A stretch of 64,000 nt of DNA, from contig JAFGNN010000080.1 in assembly GCA_016926955.1 (NCBI GenBank), positions 12,483 through 76,482 on the forward strand, read 5' to 3'. Positions within the stretch are counted from its first letter, which is position 1; each line of letters starts with the position of its first letter. The position numbers and the translations under genes are program-made. The notes beneath the pieces were generated by a model. The model was given only the letters and a program-made list of their open reading frames with translations, did no database searches and was not told where the DNA came from. This DNA is from Spirochaetales bacterium. Its GTDB lineage: Bacteria > Spirochaetota > Spirochaetia > Treponematales > UBA12059. This document shows positions 9,947-19,310 of this stretch, piece by piece.

Positions 9947-11154
9947 GCCTCTTCGCCCTCGACGACCGTGAAGCCCTCCGGCTCGCGTCGCGCGGCACGC
10001 CGCTCTTCGCGTACCGGCTCGACCTGGCGCGCGACGCCTTCAGGCGCCTCCGCGCGGCCCTGCCGCCCAGAGTCCGCCTTGCCTACGCGATAAAGGCCAA
10101 TCCGCACCCCGCGCTGCTCGCGGCCTTCGCCCCGCTCGGCGCCTGGTTCGACACGGCCTCGGGCGGCGAGCTCGAGCGGCTGGACTCCCTCGGCGTCGAC
10201 GGAAGCCGCGTCCTCTTTGCCGGTCCCGGCAAGGCCGACGACGAACTCGCGCTCGCCCTCGGCATGGGCGCCCGGATCCAGGCCGACGGCCTCGAGGACC
10301 TCGGGCGCCTGGAACGCTCGCTGGAGGAACGCGGCAGCCCCGCGCCGGGCGGCAACGGGGCGGGAACCCGGGACGATCCGCTCCGCGTCAATCTCCGCGT
10401 GGCGCCCGCGACGGGCGTGTCGGAAGGCGCGCGCATCATCGGCGGCACGGGAGCGACGGCCTTCGGCGTCGACGAGGAAGGGCTCGACGCCTTCATGGCG
10501 GAGGCCGCCGTGTTCCGCCGCGTGCGGATCGCGGGCCTGCAGGTCTTCGCCGCGAGCAATGAACTGGACTCGGAGCGCCTTCTGGCCAACCACCGGGTTG
10601 CCCTTGCCATCGGCGAAGGGATGGCGAAGCGTCACGGCATCGCGCTCGAGCTGATCGACCTTGGGGGCGGGCTCGGCATTCCCTACGCGGAGGGTGAAGG
10701 CGCGCTCGACGTCGAGGCGCTCGGGCGCGGCCTGTCCCTGCTGCTCGACGAGCATGCCTGGTTCCGGGGCGAGCTGGTCCTCGAACCGGGGCGCTACCTG
10801 GCCGGTCCCTGCGGGGTCTACCTGGCGCGCGTGCTCAGGGTCAAGGAAAGCCGCGGAACGCACTTCGCCGTGCTCGAAGGCGGCATCAACCACCTGCTCC
10901 GGCCGCTCCTCACGGGACAGGCTTTTCCGGCGCGCGCGCCCGGCCTGGCCGGGCCGGCGCTCCGGCAGACCCTGGCCGGGCCGCTCTGCACTTCGCTCGA
11001 CCGGCTCGGCGAGGTCGAGCTGCCCGAGCTCGCGCCGGGCGACCTGGTCATGCTCGGCCGGGCGGGAGCCTACGGCTTCACCGAGGCGATGGGCGCCTTC
11101 CTTTCGCACCCGACGCCTGAGGAAATCATCCTCGACGGCCCGGCTTCGGCATGA
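9943..11154 (+). CDS. lysA: diaminopimelate decarboxylase
   Basis: AYAIKANP (PLP lysine), DTASGGEL, GGGLGIPY and EPGRYL motifs of group IV decarboxylases. ATGA overlap with the upstream gene. Confidence 0.9.
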   Translation: MSLFALDDREALRLASRGTPLFAYRLDLARDAFRRLRAALPPRVRLAYAIKANPHPALLAAFAPLGAWFDTASGGELERLDSLGVDGSRVLFAGPGKADDELALALGMGARIQADGLEDLGRLERSLEERGSPAPGGNGAGTRDDPLRVNLRVAPATGVSEGARIIGGTGATAFGVDEEGLDAFMAEAAVFRRVRIAGLQVFAASNELDSERLLANHRVALAIGEGMAKRHGIALELIDLGGGLGIPYAEGEGALDVEALGRGLSLLLDEHAWFRGELVLEPGRYLAGPCGVYLARVLRVKESRGTHFAVLEGGINHLLRPLLTGQAFPARAPGLAGPALRQTLAGPLCTSLDRLGEVELPELAPGDLVMLGRAGAYGFTEAMGAFLSHPTPEEIILDGPASA

Positions 11155-12052
11155 TGCCCCAGGTCCGCTTCCGGTACTCCGCGTAGGCGGGGTACTTCGA
11201 GGCGGTGATGCCCTCGGTGAAGCGGATGGACCCCGCGAAGAGCGCCGCGAGCAGGACCGCCCCCGACAGCGCCTCGGGGACGAAGCGCCCGGCGGCGAGG
11301 GTGCACGCGAGCGCAAGGAAGGTCCAGAACGAAAGCTCGCCGAGGTAGGCGGGGTGGCGGCAGCGCGCGAAGAGGCCGGTCGTCCGGAAGCCGCGCGCCA
11401 CGTCGTCCCGGAACGGTTCCGGCACGGTCTCGCCGGAGCGGGCCCGTCGCTTCCACTCCTGGAATGTCCACTGCTGCGCGTCGGCCGCGGTTTCGAGGGC
11501 TACCGCCGCCGCCATGAGCGCGAGGCCGGCGATGAAAGGCGCGTTCGGCGCGCGGCCTTCCAGCGCGAGGGAGCGGAGGGGCAGGGTGAAGAGGACGAAG
11601 AGTCCGACCTGGAAGAGCGATATGAACAGCAGGTTGAACAGCTGCCAGAAGAAGCCCGTGCCCAGGCGCGAGCGGAGCACCGCCCAGCGGTAGTCCTCTT
11701 CGCCCGAGTAGCCGCCGCGCCGGGCGAAGTTCGCGGTGAGCCGCGCGCCCCACAGGGTGACGACGAGGGCGGCCGCGACGATGCCGATACCGAAGCCGCC
11801 GCGGAAGGCGTAGTACCAGGCGAAGGCGACCGGCAGGGTGGACCAGAGCCGGTCGACCCAGGAGTAGTCGCCCGTGGCCGCGCCGGCCGCGAAGCTCGCG
11901 AGCGCGAAGCCGACGGCCCAGAGCGCCACGACGAGCGCGGGGTCGGCTCCGGCGGCGAAGCCGGGCAGGGCGCGGAAACCGCCCGAGGCGAGCGCCAGTA
12001 TGAGGGCGGAAAGCAGGGAGGCGAAAAGCAGGAACACGATGAAGCGTCTCAT
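11126..12052 (-). CDS. DUF1295 / steroid-5-alpha-reductase-like membrane protein
   Basis: Multi-TM protein with the C-terminal GLFARCRHPAYLGELSFW and YPAYAEYRKRT motifs typical of DUF1295/ICMT-like families. Start at ATG 12052; upstream sequence in the ORF track is Arg-rich junk. Its 3' end overlaps lysA by 29 bp, convergently. Confidence 0.7.
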   Translation of the reverse strand: MRRFIVFLLFASLLSALILALASGGFRALPGFAAGADPALVVALWAVGFALASFAAGAATGDYSWVDRLWSTLPVAFAWYYAFRGGFGIGIVAAALVVTLWGARLTANFARRGGYSGEEDYRWAVLRSRLGTGFFWQLFNLLFISLFQVGLFVLFTLPLRSLALEGRAPNAPFIAGLALMAAAVALETAADAQQWTFQEWKRRARSGETVPEPFRDDVARGFRTTGLFARCRHPAYLGELSFWTFLALACTLAAGRFVPEALSGAVLLAALFAGSIRFTEGITASKYPAYAEYRKRTWGIMPKPGRRG

Positions 12053-12111
12053 GCGGGAATCCTGCCCGGGCGGAGCTCGTCGGGGCAAGGGGGAGGGCGT
12101 TGAAGCTCCGT

Positions 12112-12444
12112 TCAGGAACGGCGGGGAAGGGCGATGTCGAGCTTGGCTCGGCGCTTGGCGAGTATGGTGCCCTCGGCGCAGGCGGCCATGTCGAGCACGC
12201 AGGGCGCGACCAGGCGGTACTCCACCTGGGTGCCGCGCTTTTCCGTGTCGACGAGACCGGCGGCCTTGAGCTGCGATAGGTGTTTCGAAGCCACCGACTT
12301 CTCGAGCCCGAGCGCGGCCGCCAGCTCGCAGACGCACCAGGGCTTGTCCTTGAGCGTCTCGAGCATGAGGACGCGCATCGGGTGCGCGAGCGCCTTGAAT
12401 ATGCCGGCGCGGAATTCGCAGCGCTTCAGCGTCTTCTCGTCCAT
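12112..12444 (-). CDS. arsR: ArsR/SmtB-family metalloregulator
   Basis: Winged HTH pattern FKALAHPMRVLMLETL...CVCELAAALGLEKSVASKHLSQLKAAGLV, including the CVC metal-binding site. ATG 12444 is preferred over 12465 because the latter lies inside the operator palindrome. Confidence 0.88.
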   Translation of the reverse strand: MDEKTLKRCEFRAGIFKALAHPMRVLMLETLKDKPWCVCELAAALGLEKSVASKHLSQLKAAGLVDTEKRGTQVEYRLVAPCVLDMAACAEGTILAKRRAKLDIALPRRS

Positions 12445-12451
12445 CGTCCCA

Positions 12452-12523
12452 TTGTTGCAAAACATGGAAACTTATGTCAAGCTCGCCTTGACATCAATGC
12501 AATGTTTCCAAATAATGCAACAA
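12452..12523. promoter_or_regulatory. ars divergent promoter/operator with nested palindromes
   Basis: Inner perfect palindrome ATGTCAAG-N5-CTTGACAT (12474-12494) overlaps a TTGACA -35 (12488-12493), 17-nt spacer, AATAAT (12511-12516). Outer 20-nt imperfect inverted arms lie at 12452-12471 and 12504-12523. Confidence 0.6.
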
Positions 12524-12533
12524 GGAGGAAGGA

Positions 12534-12785
12534 ATGAAGGTGCAAATTCTCGGGACGGGGTGCCCGAAATGCCAGTTGCTCGAGCAGCACGCGCGCGAGG
12601 CGGTGGCCGAGCTCGGGATCGACGCCGAGATCGTCAAGGTCGACAAGGTCGACGACATCATGGAAATGGGCGTCATGATGACGCCCGCGCTCGCCGTCGA
12701 CGGCGAGGTCAAGAGCGTCGGGAAGGTCCTGACCAAGGACCAGGTCAAGGCCCAGCTCGGCGGCCCGAAATTCACCCGGGCTTAA
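12534..12785 (+). CDS. small thioredoxin-fold redox-active disulfide protein
   Basis: 83 aa with a CPKC active site near the N-terminus and a MMTPALAVDG motif. AAGGAGG RBS. This family typically precedes ArsP-like permeases. Confidence 0.8.
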   Translation: MKVQILGTGCPKCQLLEQHAREAVAELGIDAEIVKVDKVDDIMEMGVMMTPALAVDGEVKSVGKVLTKDQVKAQLGGPKFTRA

Positions 12786-12791
12786 GCAGGC

Positions 12792-13973
12792 ATGGCCAAG
12801 AAGCTTTCGCCGAACCATCAGCTCCTGATCGTCACCGGTGTATTCCTGGCGGCGTACTTCGTGCCCTGGGGCTCCGCCACGGTGGCGACCGCGCTCAACG
12901 AAGCCTTCCTGATGCTGGCGGAATACGCCCGGCAGCACGTCATCCTCTGCCTCTTGCCCGCCATGTTCATCGCGGGTGCCATCACCGTGTTCCTGAACCG
13001 GCAGGCGGTGCTGCGTTACCTGGGGCCTGACGCGAAGCGAGCGGTCGCCTACGGCGTCGCGTCGGTGTCGGGGACCATCCTCGCGGTCTGCTCGTGCACG
13101 GTGCTGCCGATCTTCAAGGGCATCTACAAGAAAGGCGCGGGCCTCGGACCGGCCGTGGCCTTCCTCTATTCCGGTCCTGCCATCAATATCCTGGCCATCG
13201 TGCTCTCGGCCAAGGTGTTCGGCTGGAAGCTCGGGCTCGCCCGCGCCGTCGGCGCCGTAATCTTCTCCATTGTCATCGGGCTCCTCATGGCGTTCTTCTA
13301 CCGCAAGGACGACGCGAAGCGGGCGGCGGACGCCCGCATGTTCCAGACGCCCGACGAAGACTCGAAGCGGTCCCTCGGCAAGATGGCCGTCTACATGGCC
13401 AGCATGGTCGGCATCCTCGTGTTCCTGAACTGGGCCGACTCGAAGGGCGGGTCCGCAGTCTGGGACGCCGTCTTCGCCGCCAAGTGGTGGATCTCGGGCG
13501 GCTTCGCGCTCGTTCTCGCGTACGCGCTCATCCGCTGGTTCGACCGCGAAGAGCGGGTTGAATGGGTGACGGCGACACGCGACTTCGCGTTGCAGATCCT
13601 GCCCCTCCTTTTCGGCGGCGTCCTGGTGGCGGGTTTCCTGCTCGGCCGCCCCGGACACGACGCCCTCATACCCACGGAGTGGATCGCCTCGCTCATGGGC
13701 GGCAACTCGGTGTTCGCAAACTTCTTCGCGTCGATCGCGGGCGCGCTCATGTACTTCGCAACGCTGACCGAGATCCCCATCGTCCAGGGTCTGCTCGGCG
13801 CCGGCATGGGACAGGGACCCGCGCTCGCGCTCCTGCTCGCGGGACCGAGCCTTTCGCTGCCGTCCATCCTCGTCATCGGCGGAGAACTCGGCTGGAAGAA
13901 GACCGCAACCTACGTCGGGCTCGTGGTGGCGCTTTCGACGCTGGCAGGATTGGCATTCGGGGCGGCGGCGTAG
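12792..13973 (+). CDS. ArsP-like permease (UPF0718/DUF318 family)
   Basis: 393-aa polytopic membrane protein with the vicinal-cysteine motif VCSCTVLPIF. Located within the ars operon. Confidence 0.75.
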   Translation: MAKKLSPNHQLLIVTGVFLAAYFVPWGSATVATALNEAFLMLAEYARQHVILCLLPAMFIAGAITVFLNRQAVLRYLGPDAKRAVAYGVASVSGTILAVCSCTVLPIFKGIYKKGAGLGPAVAFLYSGPAINILAIVLSAKVFGWKLGLARAVGAVIFSIVIGLLMAFFYRKDDAKRAADARMFQTPDEDSKRSLGKMAVYMASMVGILVFLNWADSKGGSAVWDAVFAAKWWISGGFALVLAYALIRWFDREERVEWVTATRDFALQILPLLFGGVLVAGFLLGRPGHDALIPTEWIASLMGGNSVFANFFASIAGALMYFATLTEIPIVQGLLGAGMGQGPALALLLAGPSLSLPSILVIGGELGWKKTATYVGLVVALSTLAGLAFGAAA

Positions 13974-14017
13974 GATGCCGGAGCGCGTACGCGGCTCCGG
14001 TCCGGAAGGAGTAAGGC

Positions 14018-15073
14018 ATGGCTGAACGCGGCAAGGACGGGATCGGCTTTTTCGCCAAATACCTTTCCCTCTGGGTGGCGCTCTGCATCGCCCTCGGCGT
14101 GGCTATCGGCCGCTTCCTGCCCGGCGTTCCGGCCTTCCTGGGAAGGTTCGAATACGCCCGAGTTTCCATTCCCGTCGCCGTCCTGATCTGGCTGATGATC
14201 TACCCGATGATGCTGAAAGTGGACTTCGCGAGCGTCAGGAACGCGGGGCGGAAACCGAAGGGACTCGTCATCACGCTCGTGGTGAACTGGCTCGTCAAGC
14301 CCTTCACCATGTACCTGATCGCCTGGTTCTTCCTGAAAGTGGTCTTCAAGGCCTTGATACCGGGCGAGCTTTCCACCGAGTACCTCGCGGGCGCGGTGCT
14401 GCTCGGCGCCGCCCCCTGCACGGCCATGGTCTTCGTGTGGAGCTATCTCTCGGACGGCGACCCGGGCTACACGGTGGTGCAGGTCGCGGTCAACGACCTC
14501 GTCATCCTTCTCGCCTTCACGCCCATCGTCGCCTTCCTGCTGGGCGTCTCCGACGCGCGCGTTCCATGGGATACCCTCATCCTGTCCGTGGTCCTCTTCG
14601 TCGTCATCCCGCTGGGGTTCGGAGCGATCACCCGGGTGAACCTGATCAAGCGCCGCGGCAAGGAATGGTTCGAAGGCGTCTTCATCAAGAAGTTCGAGGG
14701 CATCACCGAGGGCGGACTCCTGCTGACCCTGGTCATCCTCTTCGCCTTCCAGGGACGGGTGATCCTTTCTAACCCGCTCGCCATCGTCCTCATCGCGGTG
14801 CCGCTCGTGCTCCAGACCTACTTCATATTCTTCCTGGGCTACGGCTGGGCGCGGGCGTGGAAGGTGCCGTACGCGACCGCCGCTCCCGCGGCGCTCATCG
14901 GCGCCTCGAATTTCTTCGAGCTGGCCGTGGCTGTCGCCATCAGCCTCTTCGGCCTTTCGTCCGGCGCGGCGCTCGCCACGGTGGTGGGCGTGCTCGTCGA
15001 GGTGCCGGTCATGCTCTCGCTCGTGAAGATCGCGCGCGCGACGCGTTCGCGCTTTCCCGCCGTTACACCATGA
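14018..15073 (+). CDS. acr3: arsenite efflux transporter, ACR3 family
   Basis: [18 protein letters not shown] and [12 protein letters not shown] motifs characteristic of ACR3. Confidence 0.9.
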   Translation: MAERGKDGIGFFAKYLSLWVALCIALGVAIGRFLPGVPAFLGRFEYARVSIPVAVLIWLMIYPMMLKVDFASVRNAGRKPKGLVITLVVNWLVKPFTMYLIAWFFLKVVFKALIPGELSTEYLAGAVLLGAAPCTAMVFVWSYLSDGDPGYTVVQVAVNDLVILLAFTPIVAFLLGVSDARVPWDTLILSVVLFVVIPLGFGAITRVNLIKRRGKEWFEGVFIKKFEGITEGGLLLTLVILFAFQGRVILSNPLAIVLIAVPLVLQTYFIFFLGYGWARAWKVPYATAAPAALIGASNFFELAVAVAISLFGLSSGAALATVVGVLVEVPVMLSLVKIARATRSRFPAVTP

Positions 15074-15513
15074 CGCCGATGGAGGATTCCGACATGACAC
15101 GCGTGCTGTTCCTGTGCGTCCACAATTCCGCCCGCAGCCAGATGGCCGAGGCCTTCCTGAAGCGTATCGGAGGGGATCGCTTCGAGGTCGAGAGCGCGGG
15201 ACTCGAGCCCGGAAAGCTCAACCCCTTCGTCGTGCGCGCCATGGCGGAAAAAGGCATCGACATTTCCGGAAACGGGACGAAGAGCGTCTTCGACCTGCAC
15301 GCGGCCGGCAGGAAATTCGACGTCGTCGTCACGGTCTGCTCGAAGGACGCCGCCGAGCGCTGCCCGATCTTCCCCGGCCGCGTCGAGCGCCACCACTGGC
15401 CCTTCGACGATCCCTCGTCCATGAAGGGGACGGAGGATGAGATAATGGCCGGCGTCCGTCGCGTGCGCGACGAGATCGAGGCTGCGGTGCGGGATTTCGC
15501 CGCGGGGCATTGA
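15070..15513 (+). CDS. arsC: arsenate reductase, LMW-PTPase / thioredoxin-coupled type
   Basis: [18 protein letters not shown]-loop (CX5R) plus downstream Cys residues ([13 protein letters not shown]). ATG 15070 overlaps the acr3 stop. ATG 15094, 8 nt after a GGAGGA, is an equally good start. Confidence 0.9.
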   Translation: MTPMEDSDMTRVLFLCVHNSARSQMAEAFLKRIGGDRFEVESAGLEPGKLNPFVVRAMAEKGIDISGNGTKSVFDLHAAGRKFDVVVTVCSKDAAERCPIFPGRVERHHWPFDDPSSMKGTEDEIMAGVRRVRDEIEAAVRDFAAGH

Positions 15514-15583
15514 GCCCTTCAGGGCGCGCGGTTCCGCTCGGGCCAGTCGCGACCGGACGTGTCCGTGGACGCGGACTCCCCGC

Positions 15584-16069
15584 TTAGCCGAAACGCTTGC
15601 GCATGAACTTTCGGTAAGGCTTCCGGAACCAGGGGATGTTGTCGAAGATGTCGCCCCAGAGGTCGTAGTAGTCGCGCTGCGCGGCGATGCGGCCGTCCGG
15701 GTGCACCGTGAGCGCCGTGGCGCCGTGGAGCTCCGTGCTCGGGTACTTGTCGAACATCATGGTCATGGTCCAGTTCATGAGGATGACGTTCCCCTCGCGC
15801 GCGAGCGCGTGGATGTCCATGCGGAGCTCCTTGCAGCGCGACGCGAGCCGCGCGCAGAGCTCCTTGAAATTCTCGAGCCCTTCGACGGTCTGGATCGAGT
15901 CGCGGAACACGACGTCGTCGTGGTAGTAGGGGTAGATGTGCGACCAGTCGGGTTTGCCCTGCGTGTTGTAGGTTTTCGACCAGAGCTCGCGGACGAGGTC
16001 CACGTCGAGGGGGCGGGGCGGGATCGCCGCGGCGTCGCCGCTTGTGTCATGCTGCATGACGAAAAGCAT
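15584..16069 (-). CDS. SnoaL/NTF2-like fold protein
   Basis: ~160 aa with a pattern typical of SnoaL-like proteins (YHDDVVFRDSIQTVEGLENF...ILMNWTMTM...). Start is uncertain: 16069, 16057 or 16093. Confidence 0.55.
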   Translation of the reverse strand: MLFVMQHDTSGDAAAIPPRPLDVDLVRELWSKTYNTQGKPDWSHIYPYYHDDVVFRDSIQTVEGLENFKELCARLASRCKELRMDIHALAREGNVILMNWTMTMMFDKYPSTELHGATALTVHPDGRIAAQRDYYDLWGDIFDNIPWFRKPYRKFMRKRFG

Positions 16070-16196
16070 AGGCGCAGGAGGCGCGGGACGCAAATCACGG
16101 GGAAATCCCCAGATGCCCGCGCCTTGCGCGTTCGAGCGTGTCCGCGGCGCGGCCCGCTCGGTTGACCCTCGATAGCGGCATCGCTACCATGCGGAA

Positions 16197-17795
16197 ATGG
16201 ATTCCGACTCCGGACAGATACGCAAACGGCTGACCTTCGCGATCATCTCGCACCCCGACGCCGGCAAGACGACCATAACCGAGAAGCTCCTCCTCTTCGG
16301 CGGCGCCATCCACGTGGCGGGCGCGGTGAAGGGCGGGAAGGCCGGCCGGCAGACCACCTCCGACTTCATGAAGATGGAGCAGGAGCGCGGCATCTCGATC
16401 AGCACCTCCGTGATGGGCTTCGAGTATGGCGGCCGCTCGGTCAACCTGCTCGACACCCCGGGCCACGCCGACTTCTCCGAAGACACCTTCCGCGGGCTCT
16501 CGGCCGTGGACAGCGCGCTCATCGTCATCGACGCGGTCAAGGGCGTCGAGGAGCGGACGCGTCGCCTCTGCGAGGTCTCGCGCATGCGCGACACGCCCAT
16601 CGCCACATTCATCAACAAGATGGACCGGGAGGGCAAGGAACCCATCGAGCTGCTCGACGAGATCGAGCGGGAACTGGATATCGGCGTGCGGCCGCTGACC
16701 TGGCCGATCGGGCAGGGACGCTCGTTCAAGGGCGTCTTCGACCTCCGCGGAAACCGCCTGCACCTGTTCGCTCCCAAGGGCGAGGAACGTCCCGACGAGG
16801 TCGCCGCTTTCACGGGGCCGGACGATCCGGGCATCGACGCGATCGTCGGTGAGAGCGCCGCGCGGCGGCTCCGCGAGGAGCTCGCGCTCGTCAGCGCGGT
16901 CTACCCGCCCTTCTCGGAGGAGGAGTATCGCCGCGGCGCGGCGACGCCCGTCTTCTTCGGCTCCGCGCTCAACAATTTCGGCATCCGCGAGCTGCTCGAC
17001 AACCTGGTGGAATTCGCCCCGCCGCCGCTTTCCAAGACCGCGCTCGAGCGCGTCGTGGATCCGGAGGAGGAAGCGCTCACCGGATTCATTTTCAAGATCC
17101 ACGCGAACCTGAACCCCCGTCACCGCGACCGCATCGCCTTCCTGCGCGTGTGCTCGGGCCGCTTCGAGCGGAACAAAACCTATTTGCACGTCAGGACCGG
17201 AAAGCCCTTCCGCAGCGCCAATCCGACCGCCTTCATGGCCCAGAACCGCGAGATCATCGACGAGGCCTGGGCCGGCGACATCATCGGCATCCACGACACC
17301 GGCACCTTCGCGATCGGGGACACAATCACCGAGGGCGAGGCCTTGCACTACCGGGGCATTCCCGCCTTCGCTCCGCAGATTTTCAGGACGATCCGCAACG
17401 CCGACCCGCTGCGCGAAAAGCAGTTCCGGAACGGGCTCGACCATCTGGCCGAGGAAGGGGTCGCGCAGATACTCTCCAAGCGGAAAAGCCCCGGCGCCCG
17501 CGTGGTCGGGGTGGTGGGCCAGCTCCAGCTCGAGGTGCTGCAGGCGAGGCTCGTTCACGAGTACGGCGCGAGCTGCGTCTACGGCGTCATGGATTATTCC
17601 ATCGCCCGCTGGGTCGATTCCGACGACCGCAAGGCGCTCGACGCCTTCCTCGACGAGCACGAGCGGCGCATCCTGGTCGACGCGAAGGGCGGGAACATCC
17701 TGATGTGCGAGTCGGAATGGGAGCTCGGGTATATCGTGAAGAAGAACGCGAAAATCCGCTTCCACACGACGAACGAAGCCCTGCACGGCACCTGA
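16197..17795 (+). CDS. prfC: peptide chain release factor 3
   Basis: GTPase motifs AIISHPDAGKTT, LLDTPGHADF and NKMDRE. Overall RF3 length and pattern. Confidence 0.93.
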   Translation: MDSDSGQIRKRLTFAIISHPDAGKTTITEKLLLFGGAIHVAGAVKGGKAGRQTTSDFMKMEQERGISISTSVMGFEYGGRSVNLLDTPGHADFSEDTFRGLSAVDSALIVIDAVKGVEERTRRLCEVSRMRDTPIATFINKMDREGKEPIELLDEIERELDIGVRPLTWPIGQGRSFKGVFDLRGNRLHLFAPKGEERPDEVAAFTGPDDPGIDAIVGESAARRLREELALVSAVYPPFSEEEYRRGAATPVFFGSALNNFGIRELLDNLVEFAPPPLSKTALERVVDPEEEALTGFIFKIHANLNPRHRDRIAFLRVCSGRFERNKTYLHVRTGKPFRSANPTAFMAQNREIIDEAWAGDIIGIHDTGTFAIGDTITEGEALHYRGIPAFAPQIFRTIRNADPLREKQFRNGLDHLAEEGVAQILSKRKSPGARVVGVVGQLQLEVLQARLVHEYGASCVYGVMDYSIARWVDSDDRKALDAFLDEHERRILVDAKGGNILMCESEWELGYIVKKNAKIRFHTTNEALHGT

Positions 17796-17825
17796 GCGCG
17801 AGGGGCGGGTTTTGGAAGGAAGGGG

Positions 17826-17880
17826 CCGGGGAGGGAAACCTTTTTGAAAGGTTTCCCTCCCCGGAGGGTTTCCCGTTTTC
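17826..17880 (+). terminator. terminator after prfC
   Basis: Hairpin CCGGGGAGGGAAACC/GGTTTCCCTCCCCGG (17826-17864) followed by a T-rich stretch. Confidence 0.6.
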
Positions 17881-17965
17881 AAGGACCTTGCGCGCGCGCA
17901 CGGCCTGCCCTAAGCTCCAGGCGTCCGGCGCGTGACCGCGTCGGGCAGCGATCGGGGAGGCGCTC

Positions 17966-18403
17966 ATGAACATCGAATTCCGGGAGATCGACGACGACAA
18001 CTTCGACGAGTGCGTGGCCCTCGCCGTGCGCGAGGACCAGCCCTTCGTCGCGTCCAACATGAAATCGCTCGCTCAGGCGTACATCAACCATCGTGCGGTG
18101 CCGCGGGCCATCTATGTCGAAGGTGCGATGGTCGGCTTCCTCATGTACCTCGTGGACCGCGGCGGGGGCGAGCTCTACCTCTGGCGTTTCATGATGGACA
18201 AGGGCCGGCAGGGCAAGGGCTACGGTACCGCGGCCCTCGGACTCCTCGAGCGCATCGCGCGGGCAGAGCCCGGTGTCGTCCGCCTGAGGCTCGGCACTTC
18301 GCCGGACAACGCGAACGGCATCAAGGTCTACACGAAATTCGGCTTCGTCGATACGGGTCTCCTCGAAGACGGCGAAGAGGTGTTCGTGAAGGAACTCAGG
18401 TAG
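17966..18403 (+). CDS. GNAT-family N-acetyltransferase
   Basis: The acetyl-CoA binding motif RQGKGYGTAAL, and the FGF motif of KFGFV near the C-terminus. Confidence 0.85.
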   Translation: MNIEFREIDDDNFDECVALAVREDQPFVASNMKSLAQAYINHRAVPRAIYVEGAMVGFLMYLVDRGGGELYLWRFMMDKGRQGKGYGTAALGLLERIARAEPGVVRLRLGTSPDNANGIKVYTKFGFVDTGLLEDGEEVFVKELR

Positions 18404-18423
18404 GGGACGGAATTCCGCGCTCC

Positions 18424-19074
18424 GTTTCGATTCCCTCAGCGCTAAGAATGTTGAACACCGCCATTCGGCGGCGTTCTCCGGTTGGGCGCTGAGGGAATCG
18501 CCCTCCGGCTTTCGGCATGCGTCGCTGCGCGCCGCTTTCGGGGATGAGGGGATTGACGTGCCCGCTGTGGCGGGCGACCTCATCCTGCCTCAAGCCTCCG
18601 GGCCGCCTGCGCGGCTTGGGCCGACATGCGTCGCTTCGCTCCGCTTTCAGAGAGGTAATGATTCACGTGCCCGCTTGCGCGGGCGACCTCATCCTGTCGG
18701 CCCATCCTCGACCCGTCCTCAAACGATCGGACAGGTCGAGGACCGCCGCTCCGTTTCAAATCCCTCAGCGCCCCGATTGAAAAAGGCCGCCTTGCGGCGG
18801 CCTCGGTCGTGGGCGCTGAGGGAATCGCCCTCCATGCCTCGGCTTCCTGCCTCGGCTTTCCGGGCCGCCTCGTCGCCTTCGCGCGCCATGCGTCGCTACG
18901 CGCCGCTTTCGGAGTGGAATGGATTGTCGTGGTCGCGCTCCGCGCGACCTCCTCATCCTTGGCGCGCGATCCGCCCGACGCGCTGCGATGTCTCGCGCGT
19001 CGGACGGATCGGCGACTCGGTTCGAATCCCTCAGCGCCCCGATTGAAAAGGCCGCCTTGCGGCGGCCTCGTTGG
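18424..19074. repeat. array of tRNA-Val-3'-end-derived inverted repeats and ~72-nt structured sub-repeats
   Basis: Three compound hairpins: CCCTCAGCGC(CC)...inner GGCCGCC/GGCGGCC stem...GGGCGCTGAGGG at 18431-18497, 18760-18825 and 19021-19090. Three diverged ~72-nt copies (18516-18587, 18625-18696, 18887-18960) all start CATGCGTCGCT and end CCTCATCCT. Confidence 0.85.
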
Positions 19075-19116
19075 TGGGCGCTGAGGGATTCGAACCCCCG
19101 ACCTACTGGGTGTAAA
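19075..19116 (-). repeat. distal att-like direct repeat (copy of tRNA-Val 3' part)
   Basis: The 42 bp TGGGCGCTGAGGGATTCGAACCCCCGACCTACTGGGTGTAAA are identical to 34185-34226, in the same orientation. Confidence 0.95.
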
Positions 19117-19310
19117 TCGTGCTACCGGCTTGGAACGAAAATGTGGCGTCATGAATAAAGTATTGTAAATAAAGCACTTGCAATCAAGCGGATATGAAAT
19201 GAAATGAAACGAAGGGCGCGAAAAGTCGAGAAAACGGGCGATTTTCAGTAACAAATTCAGTAACACGGGGCAGGGCTCGTAAGGATTGACACAACCTACA
19301 ATGGGTAGTG

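Noticed and set aside
18516-18960. The reverse complement of the 72-nt units (GTCGCCCGCCACAGCGGGCAC...) looks superficially like a CRISPR repeat with a palindromic core.
   Set aside because: There are only three copies. They are strongly diverged from each other, irregularly spaced (109 and 262 nt apart), and embedded in larger repeated units. No cas genes are nearby, so this is not a CRISPR array.
18811-19040. A possible tmRNA or tRNA-like gene. A 5' GGGCGCTGAGGG and a 3' GGTTCGAATCCCTCAGCGCCCC could pair like an acceptor stem around a ~230-nt insert.
   Set aside because: The position-3 pair would be G-C, not the G-U alanine identity element. There is no tag-peptide reading frame ending in a typical degron. 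The T-arm 5' strand is missing, and the same architecture is repeated upstream. It is better explained as tRNA-end-derived inverted repeats.
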